The notes beneath the pieces were generated by a model that saw only the letters and a program-made list of their open reading frames with translations, did no database searches and had not been told where the DNA came from. The position numbers were made by a program, and so were the translations under genes. From an uncultured Chloroflexia bacterium (GTDB lineage Bacteria; Chloroflexota; Limnocylindria; Limnocylindrales; CSP1-4): 64,000 nucleotides of DNA. Shown in pieces: positions 28,515 through 38,003 of the stretch. The first letter of the stretch is position 1, and every line of letters begins with the position of its first letter. The stretch is from the NCBI GenBank assembly GCA_963712745.1, contig CAVQJC010000015.1, forward strand, positions 1 to 64,000, written 5' to 3'.

Positions 28515-30310
28515 GTGCCCACCCCGTCGTGGTCCTCGACGAGCCGGCGGTAGGGCCCATCAGCGGCGAGCAGCTCGGCCGGGGCGCCTTCCTCCACGAT
28601 GCGTCCCGACTCCAGCACGGCGATACGGTCGGCCCGCTCCGCCAGCCGCAGCCGGTGCGCGATGACGACCACCGTGCGACCGACCACGAGGCGGTCGAGC
28701 GCCTCGGCGATGGCGGCCTCGCTGCCCTCGTCCTGGTAGGAGGTGACCTCGTCGAGGATGAGCACGGGCGCATCGCGCAGGAACGCACGCGCGATAGCGA
28801 GCCGCTGTCGCTGTCCGCCGCTGAGGCGGGCGCCGGCCTCCCCCACCGGTGTGTCGAAGCCGTTTGGCAGCTGGTCGATGAACTCCGAGGCGTTGGCGGC
28901 GCGCGCCGCGGCCAAGGCCTCATCATCGGAGGCTCCGGGGCGCGCCAGGCGGATGTTGTCGATGACCGAACCCTCGAAGAGGTGTGGTCGTTGCGGCACC
29001 CATGCCAGCGAGGCGCGCCACTCGTGAAGCCCGAGTCCCGCGAGGGGCCGGCCATCGACGCTGATGGTGCCGGCGTCCGGCTCGATGAAACGCAGGAGCA
29101 GGCTCGTGAGCGTGGATTTGCCGGCCCCGCTGGCACCCACCAGCGCCATCGACTGGCCGGGCGCCAGCACCAGGCTGACCTCGTCGAGCGCCGGCACCTC
29201 ACGCTCGGGATAGCCGAAGACGACCCCTTCGAAGGCGATGCGCGGTGGCCCGAGGATGGCGGTAGGCGGCGTGGCCGGGGTCACGGCTGCGTCAGGCGAC
29301 CCGGGCGGGTCGACCGCCTCGACCTGGCGCGGGATGGGCTCGTCGAGGATCTCGAACGTGCGGGCGATCACCGCCTTGCCCGCGGTGCCCACGTGGAAGC
29401 GCACGGCCAGCGCGCGCAGGGGAAGGAAGAACTCAGGCACGATCAGCAGCACCGCCAGCGCACGTTCGAAGGCGATGCTGCCCTCCAACAGGCGCAGACC
29501 GATCTCGACCGCGACCAGTGCGATGGCGATGGTCGCGCCCCACTCCAGCACGAGCGAGGTCTGGAAGGCCGTCCGCAGCACGTCCATGGTGGCGTCGCCG
29601 TAGCGGCTGCTCACACGGCGCAGGTTGTCTACCTGCTCGCGGCTGCGCCCGAACATCTTGAGTGTGGCGATGCCGCGCAGGATGTCGAGGAAGAACGCCG
29701 ACAGGGTGCGCATCTCCATGAAACGGCGTTCGCTGACGGCGCGGGTCCGGCCCCCGATGACAGCCAGCAGAAGGACGAGCAGCGGGCCCGTGAACAGGAG
29801 CACCAGCACCGACGGCGGGTCGAGAGCGAGCACGAGCAACAGCACCGCCAACGGCACCATCATGGCCAGCCAGCGCGCGGGCAGGTACTGGGTGACGTAG
29901 TCCTCGATCGCTTGGAGGCCGCCGACGAGCACGCCACTCAGCTCGCCCGTGCGCTCGTGGCTGGTCCAGGTCGGCCCCAGGCGTAGGACCTGGCCGGTGA
30001 GGTCGGCTCGCAGCCTGCCGACGAGCGTGCAGGCGGAGCGACGGGCGGCCAGTTCGCCACTGATGCCCAGGGCCGTGCGCACGAGCAGGAACACCAGCCC
30101 GGCGGCCAGGAGCGGGAGGACGTCGTCGAGCGTGCGCTTCTCGAGGAAGACGCCGGCCACGGCCAGCGCCACGGCGATGAGCTGCGCCACCAACGCCAGT
30201 GTGGCGCCGAAGCTACAGGCCACGGCCACGATGAGCCAGCGACGGGCGCGGCGGTCGTGGCTGATGAGCCGTCGCTCCGGGGTCGGCCCGGCAGCGCGGG
30301 TGCCCGTCAT
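28511..30310 (-). CDS. cydD: thiol/heme ABC exporter CydD
   Basis: YLPA, TMDVLRTAF, PEFFLPLR..RFH, GASGAGKST and LSGGQRQR motifs. Confidence 0.92.
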   Translation of the reverse strand: MTGTRAAGPTPERRLISHDRRARRWLIVAVACSFGATLALVAQLIAVALAVAGVFLEKRTLDDVLPLLAAGLVFLLVRTALGISGELAARRSACTLVGRLRADLTGQVLRLGPTWTSHERTGELSGVLVGGLQAIEDYVTQYLPARWLAMMVPLAVLLLVLALDPPSVLVLLFTGPLLVLLLAVIGGRTRAVSERRFMEMRTLSAFFLDILRGIATLKMFGRSREQVDNLRRVSSRYGDATMDVLRTAFQTSLVLEWGATIAIALVAVEIGLRLLEGSIAFERALAVLLIVPEFFLPLRALAVRFHVGTAGKAVIARTFEILDEPIPRQVEAVDPPGSPDAAVTPATPPTAILGPPRIAFEGVVFGYPEREVPALDEVSLVLAPGQSMALVGASGAGKSTLTSLLLRFIEPDAGTISVDGRPLAGLGLHEWRASLAWVPQRPHLFEGSVIDNIRLARPGASDDEALAAARAANASEFIDQLPNGFDTPVGEAGARLSGGQRQRLAIARAFLRDAPVLILDEVTSYQDEGSEAAIAEALDRLVVGRTVVVIAHRLRLAERADRIAVLESGRIVEEGAPAELLAADGPYRRLVEDHDGVGT

Positions 30311-30316
30311 GCGCCC

Positions 30317-30465
30317 CGGGGCTCGGCGGCGCGACTGCCCATCATGTGGCCTGGGGCCCGGCGGCGCGACTGCCCATCATGTGGCGGGGGGGGCCGGGGC
30401 TCGGCGGCGCGACTGCCCATCATGTGGGCCGGGGCCCGGCGGCGCGACTGCCCATCATGTGGCCT
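30317..30465. repeat. 4x ~35-bp tandem repeat between cydB and cydD
   Basis: GGGGC(T/C)CGGCGGCGCGACTGCCCATCATGTGG repeated four times. Confidence 0.95.
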
Positions 30466-30498
30466 GGCGCACGGCGCACCCGCCCCCGGGTCACGCGG

Positions 30499-31518
30499 CT
30501 AGTAGCTCGTGGAGTCGACGCTGACCTTGCCGCGGAAGATGTAGTAGACACCCGCCGTGTATAGCAGCACGAAGGGCATGCCGATGAGCGCGATGATCAG
30601 CGCAACGGTCAACGTGTTCTCCTCCGAGGCCGCATTGAAGATGGTCAGGTTGTAGGCCTCGTCGATGCTGGAGATGAGCAGGTTCGGGTGCATCCCGACG
30701 CCGCCCGCCACCAGCAGCAGCAGGATCATCAGCGACGAGGACATGAAGGCGTAGAAGTAGAGCGCCCGCTGTACGAACCACCACACCGCCCCCATGGCGG
30801 CGAGCGCGGCGGCCGGAAAGATGACCGGCCAGATCTGCGCGAGGTAGCGGTCGGTGAAGGGCAGGCTCAGCGCCGTCGCCACGACCACCAGGAGCGTGTT
30901 GATCACCACGAAACCCCCCATCAGGTAGATGAGGTAGCGCTTGCAGCGCGCCTGCAGATCGCCCTCGGTCTTCATGATCAGGTAGATCGCTCCGTGCATC
31001 GCGAACATGGCCACCGTGGCCAGACCGACGAGCAGGGCGAACGGGGTCAACAGCTCGAGAAGGTTGGTGCGGATCTCCTGGTCGGGCCCCAGCGGCACGC
31101 CCGATACGACAGCGCCAAAGGCCACGCCCAGCAGCAGCGCCAGCAGCAGCGAGGACAGGCTGAACGAGACATCCCAGGCGCTGCGCCAGGTAGGGCTGGG
31201 TCGTTGCGAGCGGAACTCGAGCGTGACCGCGCGGAAGATGAGCACCACCAGCACGAGCATGAAGGCGACGTAGAAGCCGCTGAACAGCGAGGCGTAGGCG
31301 AAGGGGAAGATGGCGAACAGCACGCCGCCCCCGAGGATGAGCCAGACCTCGTTGCCGTCCCAGACCGGGCCGATCGAGTTGAGCAGCGTGCGCCGCTCGA
31401 CGTCGGTCCTGGCCACGATCAGGTGCAGGATGCCCACGCCCATGTCGAAGCCGTCGAGGATGAGATAGCCGCCGACGATGACGATGAACAGGATGAACCA
31501 GATCTCGTTGAGGATCAT
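30499..31518 (-). CDS. cydB: cytochrome bd ubiquinol oxidase subunit II
   Basis: LDGFDMGVG, IGPVWDGNEVWL and LFSGFY motifs. Confidence 0.96.
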   Translation of the reverse strand: MILNEIWFILFIVIVGGYLILDGFDMGVGILHLIVARTDVERRTLLNSIGPVWDGNEVWLILGGGVLFAIFPFAYASLFSGFYVAFMLVLVVLIFRAVTLEFRSQRPSPTWRSAWDVSFSLSSLLLALLLGVAFGAVVSGVPLGPDQEIRTNLLELLTPFALLVGLATVAMFAMHGAIYLIMKTEGDLQARCKRYLIYLMGGFVVINTLLVVVATALSLPFTDRYLAQIWPVIFPAAALAAMGAVWWFVQRALYFYAFMSSSLMILLLLVAGGVGMHPNLLISSIDEAYNLTIFNAASEENTLTVALIIALIGMPFVLLYTAGVYYIFRGKVSVDSTSY

Positions 31519-32924
31519 CGCGTCATCTTCTCCTCGCCCCGGCCGCGGGCGGCGAAGATGCCACGCAGCGTATCGGGCAGCTCATCGACAGGCTTCGACT
31601 CGACCTCTTCGAGCGGGGCCGGACCATGCTGGATCTTGGCGTTCAGGAGGTAGACGAAGAGCACCAGCAGCAGCGTGTAGATGAGCACGAAGCCGCCGAG
31701 CGAGACGACGATCTCACCAGCCGAGACGACCGGGGAGGTGGCGTCGGCGGTGAACATCAGCTGGTACACGATCCAGGGCTGCCGGCCGAACTCGGCCACC
31801 CACCAGCCCATGGTGATGACGAAGAGCGAGACGAAGACGGTCGAGACCACGATCCACAGCGCCCAGCGCTGTTCGAGCAGCTTGCGTTTCCAGAACCAGA
31901 GCCCGGCCGCTAAGAGCGCGAAGGGCACGATGGCCATGCCCAGGGCGACCATCAGGTGGTACGACTGGAACGTCAGGTTCGGGAGCGCCGGTGGGACCTC
32001 GAAGTCGTCGATGCCGGTGACGGTGTCGGCGCCGCTGAGGAAGCTGAGCAGGCCGGGGATAGCCAGGCCGATGGTCTCGCCCGAGGCCTCGTCGACCCAG
32101 CCGAAGGCATAGGCAGGGGCGCTCTCCTCTGTCTGCCAGATGCCCTCCATCGCGGCCAGCTTGGTGGGCTGGTTCTCGGCCACGCTGCGGGCCGACTCGG
32201 GCCCGAAGACGAAGGCGTTGGCCAGGGCGAAGACGATGAAGCACGGGAGCGCGATCGAGAGGGCGGCCCTGCCCAGATCGGCGAACTCGCGCTTCCTGAG
32301 GATGTACCAGGCGCCGACGCTGGCCACGAAGGCGGCCCCCGCGGTCCAGGAGGCGAAGAACACGTGCAGGATCCGCGGCATGAACGAGGGTGTGAACACG
32401 ACGTCCCAGAAGTCGGTCATGACCGCTCGCGCGGGCGCCGGTTCCGCCTGTAGCTCGAAGCCGGCCGGCGTCTGCATCCACGAGTTGGCCATCACGATCC
32501 AGAGAGCGCTGAAGTGGGCCCCGAGCACGACCATGAGGCTGGCGGTGAACCACATCCTGGGGCCCAGGCGGTTGCCACCGAAGAGCATCAGGCCCAGGAA
32601 GCCGCCCTCGAGGAAGAAGGCGAAGACGCCTTCAGCGGCGAGCAGCGAGCCGAAGATGTTGCCCACGAACCGGGAGTAGTTGGCCCAGTTCATGCCGAAC
32701 TCGAACTCCATGACGACGCCGGTGGCGACGCCCATGGCGAACACGATTCCGTAGATCTTGACCCAGAAGAACGACAGTCGGCGCCACTTGGCATCCTTCG
32801 TCCGCAGGTACATGCCACTGACGAAGAGCAGCATCAGGCCTAGCCCCATCGAAAGGGGCGGGAAGATGAAGTGATAGCTGGCGGTCAGCGTGAACTGCAG
32901 TCTCGCCAGCAGTTCGGCGTCCAA
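31515..32924 (-). CDS. cydA: cytochrome bd ubiquinol oxidase subunit I
   Basis: LARLQF...HFIFPP, EFEFGMNW, ANSWMQTP, QPTKLAAMEG and EFGRQPW motifs; TTG start inferred. Confidence 0.96.
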   Translation of the reverse strand: MDAELLARLQFTLTASYHFIFPPLSMGLGLMLLFVSGMYLRTKDAKWRRLSFFWVKIYGIVFAMGVATGVVMEFEFGMNWANYSRFVGNIFGSLLAAEGVFAFFLEGGFLGLMLFGGNRLGPRMWFTASLMVVLGAHFSALWIVMANSWMQTPAGFELQAEPAPARAVMTDFWDVVFTPSFMPRILHVFFASWTAGAAFVASVGAWYILRKREFADLGRAALSIALPCFIVFALANAFVFGPESARSVAENQPTKLAAMEGIWQTEESAPAYAFGWVDEASGETIGLAIPGLLSFLSGADTVTGIDDFEVPPALPNLTFQSYHLMVALGMAIVPFALLAAGLWFWKRKLLEQRWALWIVVSTVFVSLFVITMGWWVAEFGRQPWIVYQLMFTADATSPVVSAGEIVVSLGGFVLIYTLLLVLFVYLLNAKIQHGPAPLEEVESKPVDELPDTLRGIFAARGRGEEKMTR

Positions 32925-33173
32925 GCTCGTCCCCCCGGTACGACTGTGGGCCCACGTCGGTGCCGCCGCGGTCTCGCTCCGCTGGGGCCGCCGTGCGCAC
33001 TGCTCGGGCCATCGTGCCCTCAGTCCGGGCCGGGCGGGGTGTGCCGTTCGGTCCATCCGAGGACGGGCCGTTGGTCGACGGTCGCCTCAAGCGCCCTTGA
33101 CGTTCAGGGCGTGTGGCGGCGGCTCTGTGCGTCTTGCACCAGCAGCTTGACCGAGCTGTCTTGGACGACCTCC

Positions 33174-33274
33174 TTGCACCGCCAGCGGCTTTGCACCACC
33201 AGCGGCTTTGCACCACCAGCGGCTTTGCACCACCAGCGGCTTTGCACCACCAGCGGCTTGCACCACCAGCGGCT
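33174..33274. repeat. 6x 17-bp tandem repeat (TTGCACCACCAGCGGCT)
   Basis: Direct inspection; the last unit is 16 bp. Confidence 0.95.
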
Positions 33275-33275
33275 T

Positions 33276-33741
33276 TGCACCGCGTGCACGAGAGCGACAT
33301 CACGGGCCACCTGCTCCAGCGGCCTTGCACCGCGTGCACGAGAGCGACACGACCGGCCGGCGGCTTTGCACCGCCAGCGGCTCTGCACCACCGGCGGCTT
33401 GCACCACCGGCGGCTTTGCACCGCGTGCACGAGAGCGACATCACGGGCCACCTGCTCCAGCGGCTTTGCACCGCGTGCACGAGAGCGACACGACCGGCCG
33501 GCGGCTTTGCACCGCGTGCACGAGAGCGACAACCTGCACCAGCGGCTTTGCACCGCGTGCACGAGAGCGACATCACGGGCCACCTGCTGGCCGTTGGTTT
33601 GCACCGGGTGAACACCAACGGCAAGGGCGTGCACCCTGTGCAAGCAGCGGTGCTAGAGGGCGGCGGTTCGGAGACACCGGTGCACCCCGTGCAAGCAGAG
33701 TGGTGCACCCGGTGCAGACAAGACCGTGCACCCCGTGCAAG
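33276..33741. repeat. array of TGCAC-N3-GTGCA palindromic (REP-like) units in two inverted blocks
   Basis: 6 copies of TGCACCGCGTGCACGAGAGCGACA (33276, 33326, 33417, 33467, 33508, 33549), hairpin axis 33590-33622, then 4 inverted-sense copies GTGCACNNNGTGCA(A)G (33629, 33680, 33703, 33726). Confidence 0.9.
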
Positions 33742-33785
33742 CAGACGGACAAGCAGGCTGCCAGCCCGACGCGGTCTAGGCCATT

Positions 33786-33825
33786 CCCGACCGTCGGGCA
33801 GAGGCAGACGATCCCGACCGTCGGG
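33786..33825. promoter_or_regulatory. two perfect palindromes CCCGAC-C-GTCGGG, candidate operator
   Basis: At 33786-33798 and 33813-33825, ~60-100 bp upstream of the HTH gene. Confidence 0.5.
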
Positions 33826-33883
33826 CAGCGCCAGCTAAGAGCGTGTGCAAAGCGGACGAAGCGCAACTCGCCAGCATGGAGGC

Positions 33884-34537
33884 ATGGCAGGCCTAGAACG
33901 ACGAGACGACCAAGCCAGACGAAGAGCTCATCGAATGCTGGAGGAGCTGGGGCGGGATATCCGCCAGGCGCGCCTCAACCACGACTTGAGCCAGGCGACG
34001 TGTGGGAGTCGCATCGGGATATCGGGATCGACCTGGAGCCGGATGGAGCGCGGGCTCTTTCCGCGCGCATCGCTCATCCGACTGCTGCGAGCCGCTGCGG
34101 TCGTGGGGCTGGACCTCGGTGTGCGCGCCTATCCGGGGGGTGAGGCCGTCCGCGACAAGGCCCACCTCGGTCTGCTCGAGAAACTGAGGACACGCCTTGG
34201 GCCGAGCCTCAGATGGCGCACGGAGGTGCCTCTTCCAAACCCGGGGGACCGTCGAGCGTGGGACGCGCGCATCGACTCGGCCCAGGTACGCATCGGCGTC
34301 GAGGCAGAGACCCGGGCCCGCGACTCGCAGGACCTTCAGCGACGCGTCTCGCTCAAGCGACGGGACGGGGGCGTTGACCACGTCATCCTCCTGCTGGCTG
34401 ACACTCGCCACAACCGACGCTTCCTCCGTGTCGCCGGGCCCGGTTTCCACGCGGACTTCCCGGTTCCGGGCGCCGTCGCACTCGAGCGGCTTGCAGCGGG
34501 CGCGGATCCGGGTGGCAGCGCGATCATCCTCATCTGA
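33884..34537 (+). CDS. XRE-type HTH fused to a putative PD-(D/E)XK/DUF559-like nuclease domain
   Basis: IRQARLNHDLSQ...GISGSTWSRMERG HTH; RTEVP...AWDA...IGVEAET...LKRRD...VILLLADT nuclease-like pattern; GGAGG RBS. Confidence 0.75.
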   Translation: MAGLERRDDQARRRAHRMLEELGRDIRQARLNHDLSQATCGSRIGISGSTWSRMERGLFPRASLIRLLRAAAVVGLDLGVRAYPGGEAVRDKAHLGLLEKLRTRLGPSLRWRTEVPLPNPGDRRAWDARIDSAQVRIGVEAETRARDSQDLQRRVSLKRRDGGVDHVILLLADTRHNRRFLRVAGPGFHADFPVPGAVALERLAAGADPGGSAIILI

Positions 34538-34559
34538 TGCTCCTGCGGGTGCCGGGACC

Positions 34560-34712
34560 GACTTGCATGACAAGCACCAGCCCGACCCAGGAACGCCCGA
34601 AGTGAGTGTGGATCCGCGTCAGATGCACGGCGGTGACGCGGATCGGCGCGAGGTGCACAAGGACTGTCGCCGACGGCGTCTTGTGGCTGAACTCGTGCAC
34701 CTCGTGCAAGTC
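34560..34712. repeat. nested hairpins with a further GTGCAC-N3-GTGCAAG unit
   Basis: GATCCGCGTCA/TGACGCGGATC (34611-34644); CGAGGTGCAC/GTGCACCTCG (34649-34704); GACTTGCA/TGCAAGTC outer pair. Confidence 0.75.
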
Positions 34713-34761
34713 AGGGAGGGAGTGATGCCGCCGATGGGCCGGGTGGCCACGCGCTGGCTCT

Positions 34762-34980
34762 GGCGGGGCACTGCGAGCCGGCTTCAGTCGACGGCGGGGC
34801 ACTGCGCGAGCCGGCGCTGGCCGAAGGTGGGCACGGCGGGGCACTGCGAGCCGGCTTCAGTCGACGGCGGGGCACTGCGGCAGCCGGCGCTAGCCGAAGG
34901 TGGGCACGGCGGGGCACTGCGAGCCGGCTCAGTCGACGGCGCGGGCACGGCGGCAGTCGGCGGCGCTAGCCGAAGGTGGC
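34762..34980. repeat. higher-order tandem repeat at the 3' end of the feoC-like gene
   Basis: GGCGGGGCACTGCG x5 alternating with CTTCAGTCGAC and CGCT(A/G)GCCGAAGGTGG units; the latter copies the gene's stop region. Confidence 0.85.
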
Positions 34981-35244
34981 CGCGGCGGCAGATGAGGCGG
35001 TCGCGTTCGGGGACAGGGCGTAGGTCACTGCCACGCCGTCGTTCATGAGGAAGCAGCCACCCCTGACCGGGCAGGCCGTACAGCCGGCGTCGTCGAACAC
35101 GATGGCCCGCAGCCGCCCGCGCGCCACGAGCGTCTCGAGCATGCCCTCGAGCGCCGATTCGTCGATGCCCAGGTCGCGCGAGAGGTCGGCCAGGCACATC
35201 GGCTTGCCGGCTTCGCGGATGGCGGCGAGGATCGCCGACAGCAT
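34966..35244 (-). CDS. FeoC-like transcriptional regulator
   Basis: Winged HTH (LADLSRDLGIDESALEGMLETLVARGRL) plus CTACPVRGGC; follows feoB. Confidence 0.82.
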   Translation of the reverse strand: MLSAILAAIREAGKPMCLADLSRDLGIDESALEGMLETLVARGRLRAIVFDDAGCTACPVRGGCFLMNDGVAVTYALSPNATASSAAAATFG

Positions 35245-36954
35245 CAGCCATACCCCAGGAAGGTGCCCACCTGGAAGACCACCACCGCGAGTAGCCAGGC
35301 GAGGCCGAACTGGTACAGGCCGGAGAAGGCCGCCCAACGCCAGCCGAGCTCGCTCTTGATGGCCGAGAGCGTGGCCAGGCAGGGCGTGTAGATGAGCACG
35401 AACATGACGAAGGCCAGGCCCGCCAGCGGTGTGAAGTTCGAGGCCAGCGCGTTGCTCAGGGCCGTGTCCTGCGGTCGGGCCTGCTGCTCGGGCATGAGGT
35501 CCACGCCGGGCACGATGCTCAACGTCGAGCGCAGGGCGCCATCGGCCGCCGCCACGAGGGACGAGCCGATCTCGCGGATGTCCTCGCCGACCGACGGCAC
35601 GGACCCTGACGCCTGGGGCTCGGCCGCCTCGTCACCGAGATAGGTCTGCGCCATCGTGGCCACCACGACCTCCTTGGCGATGAAGCCTGTCACGAGCGCG
35701 CCAGATGCCTCCCATGTGCCGAATCCCGCCGGCTCGAAGATGGGCGCAGCAGCCGAGCTGACCTGCCCGAAGTAGCTGTCGCGCTCGATCCTCCACGCCC
35801 CAAGGCAGGCTCATCAGGAACCACAGGCCGACGGAGATGGCGAAGATGACGGTGCCGGCCTTGACCACGAACTCCCTGGTCTTCTGCCACGTGTGCGTCG
35901 TCAGCGCCTTCATCGTGGGCATGCGGTAGGGCGGCAGCTCCAGGGCGAAGACCGAGTCGTCGCGCTCGCGCAGGATCGTGCGTGAGAGCACGATGGCCAC
36001 GAGCCCGGCGATGAGGATGCCGACCACGTAGAGCCCCGTGATGACGGTCGCCGCTGCGGCCCCGAAGAAGGCCAGGCCGAACACGACATAGACCGGCAGC
36101 CGGGCCGAACACGACATCAGCGGCACCAGCAGGCTGGTCATGACACGCTGCGTGCGGTTCTCCAGGGTGCGCGTGGCGTAGATCGCTGGCACAGCGCAGC
36201 CGAACCCCAGCACCATGGGGATGAAGGACTTGCCGTGGAGCCCGGTGAAGCGCATGACGCGGTCCATCACGAAGGCCACTCGGGCCATGTAACCGCTGTC
36301 CTCGAGCAGGGTCAGGAACATGTACAGCACGATGAGCCCGGGTACGAACACGAGCACCGCGCCGACGCCCGCGATGACACCGTCGACCACGAGCGAGACG
36401 AACCATTCGGGCGCGTCGAACAAGGCCAGGATGCCGACGGCCCAGCGCGTGACCGGGCCGCCGATGACCGCGTCGACCCAGTCGAGGAAGTAGGCCGACA
36501 CTTCGACCACGAGCTTGAACACGACGAACATCACCGCGAAGAAGATGGGCAGTCCCAGCCAGCGGTTCGTGAGCACTCGGTCGAGCCGGTCGGTGACGGT
36601 GTAGCGGGACACGGCCGAGGTGTCCAACACCTCGAGTGCGACCCCGTGGACGTAGCCGTAGCGGGCATCGGCGATGGCGATGTCGGAGGTGTCGCCGTGC
36701 ATCGACTCGATCCGGCTGCGCCCTGCAGCGGCGGCTGCCAACAGGGTCTCGCCGACCTCGCTGGCGGCCACGCGCTCGATGAGGTCGGCCTCGCCTTCGA
36801 GCAGCTTGATGGCCAGCCAGCGGGCGGGGTAGGCCTGCGTCAGCTCAGGGTGCGCGCCGATGTGTTCGATGAGCGCACCGATCTCGGACTCCACCTCGGA
36901 GCCGTAGTCGATGCGGAAGGGCGGGCGGTCGATGGCCCCCGTGAACGTGGTCAT
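35244..36954 (-). CDS. feoB: ferrous iron transporter FeoB, GDI and membrane domains (+1 frameshift near 35786)
   Basis: IADARYG, DRLDRVLTNR.LG.PIF, LEDSGYMAR, GFGCAVP, MSCSARLPVY, ELPPY; resumes in another frame as GFIAKEVVV and YTPCLAT. Confidence 0.9.
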
Positions 36955-36963
36955 GCCCGAGGT

Positions 36964-37494
36964 CTAGGCCACGAGCCGCAGCCGGGCACGAGAGGGATCG
37001 ACCAGGCCCATGGCGGCCTCGAGCAGGCCCTCGAGACCCTGTGCCCGGTGGCCGACCGTTTCGACGATGGGCGCGCGGCCGAACAACGCCGAGAGCCTCT
37101 CCCGGTCGATCTTGATGCCCTGCGCACGCGCGCTGTCACTGACGTTGAGCGCCAGCACCATGGGTACGCCCAGCTCCGCCAGCTGCGCCGTCAGGTAGAG
37201 GTTGCGCTCGAGGTTCGTGGCGTCGACGACATCGATGACCGCGTCGGCCTCACCGGTGAGCAGGTAGTCGCGGGCGATGACCTCTTCGGGGGAGAGGGCG
37301 CTCAGGCTGTAGGTCCCGGGCAGGTCGACCAGGCGACCCACGAGGTCACCATGGCGGAAGGTGCCCTCCATCTTGGCCACGGTCTTGCCGGGCCAGTTGC
37401 CCACGTGGTGCCGCGAGCCGGTGAGTGCGTTGAAGATGCTGGTCTTGCCGGCGTTGGGGTTACCGGCCAGGGCCAGCGTGAGGAGCCCGCTCAC
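36964..37494 (-). CDS. FeoB N-terminal GTPase domain as a separate ORF
   Basis: GNPNAGKT (G1), GNWPGKTV (G2), DLPGTY (G3), NVSD (G4); TAG stop in frame with the downstream feoB part. Confidence 0.88.
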   Translation of the reverse strand: MSGLLTLALAGNPNAGKTSIFNALTGSRHHVGNWPGKTVAKMEGTFRHGDLVGRLVDLPGTYSLSALSPEEVIARDYLLTGEADAVIDVVDATNLERNLYLTAQLAELGVPMVLALNVSDSARAQGIKIDRERLSALFGRAPIVETVGHRAQGLEGLLEAAMGLVDPSRARLRLVA

Positions 37495-37871
37495 GCGGCG
37501 TCGGCTGCCTCAGCGGCAGCTTCAAGCGCCTCCACGGTGATGGTCGCGGCCTCACGCCTGCGGAGGGAGAGGTGATAGCCCTTGACCACGAACTCGAGCG
37601 GGTCGCCCAGGGGTGCGGCACGCTGCAACGTGATCGTCTCGCCGCGGACCACTCCCAGCTCCAGCAATCGGCGACGCGCTGCAGGTGGACCTCCGACCCG
37701 CAGGATCCGGCCAGCCTGACCGCGGCCGAGCTCGTCGAGACCCACGATCGACGCGGCTGCCGGGCAGAACTTGCGACAGCGCTTGGGCATCGGTCGTCCC
37801 AGCGCGAGGGCACGAGCGAGGAAGCGACAGGAGCGGTGCTCGCAATCCTGATAGGCCAAGTCGGATTTCAC
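37491..37871 (-). CDS. feoA: FeoA family protein with possible Cys-rich N-terminal extension
   Basis: RRRLLELGV..G, APLGDP and LSLRRREA motifs; start uncertain. Confidence 0.88.
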   Translation of the reverse strand: MKSDLAYQDCEHRSCRFLARALALGRPMPKRCRKFCPAAASIVGLDELGRGQAGRILRVGGPPAARRRLLELGVVRGETITLQRAAPLGDPLEFVVKGYHLSLRRREAATITVEALEAAAEAADAA

Positions 37872-38003
37872 GAATCAAGTACAGCCCACGCGCCCCGACG
37901 CCGAAAGTGACCAGCGGCCGTGACTCGATGGGCCTTGTGGCCCCAACACCGGATGCCTTGACTTCGAACATCAGGCGCGCCTGATGCTCGGCACGCGCCC
38001 GGC

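Noticed and set aside
30317-30465. CRISPR-like repeat
   Set aside because: Units are directly abutting with no spacers.
33276-33572. CRISPR array
   Set aside because: Intervening sequences are short, variable in length and recur rather than being unique spacers; no cas genes in the window.
32632-34143. Long Cys/His-rich ORFs across the repeat array
   Set aside because: Open in several frames only because the GC-rich repeats lack stop codons; no RBS or family motifs.
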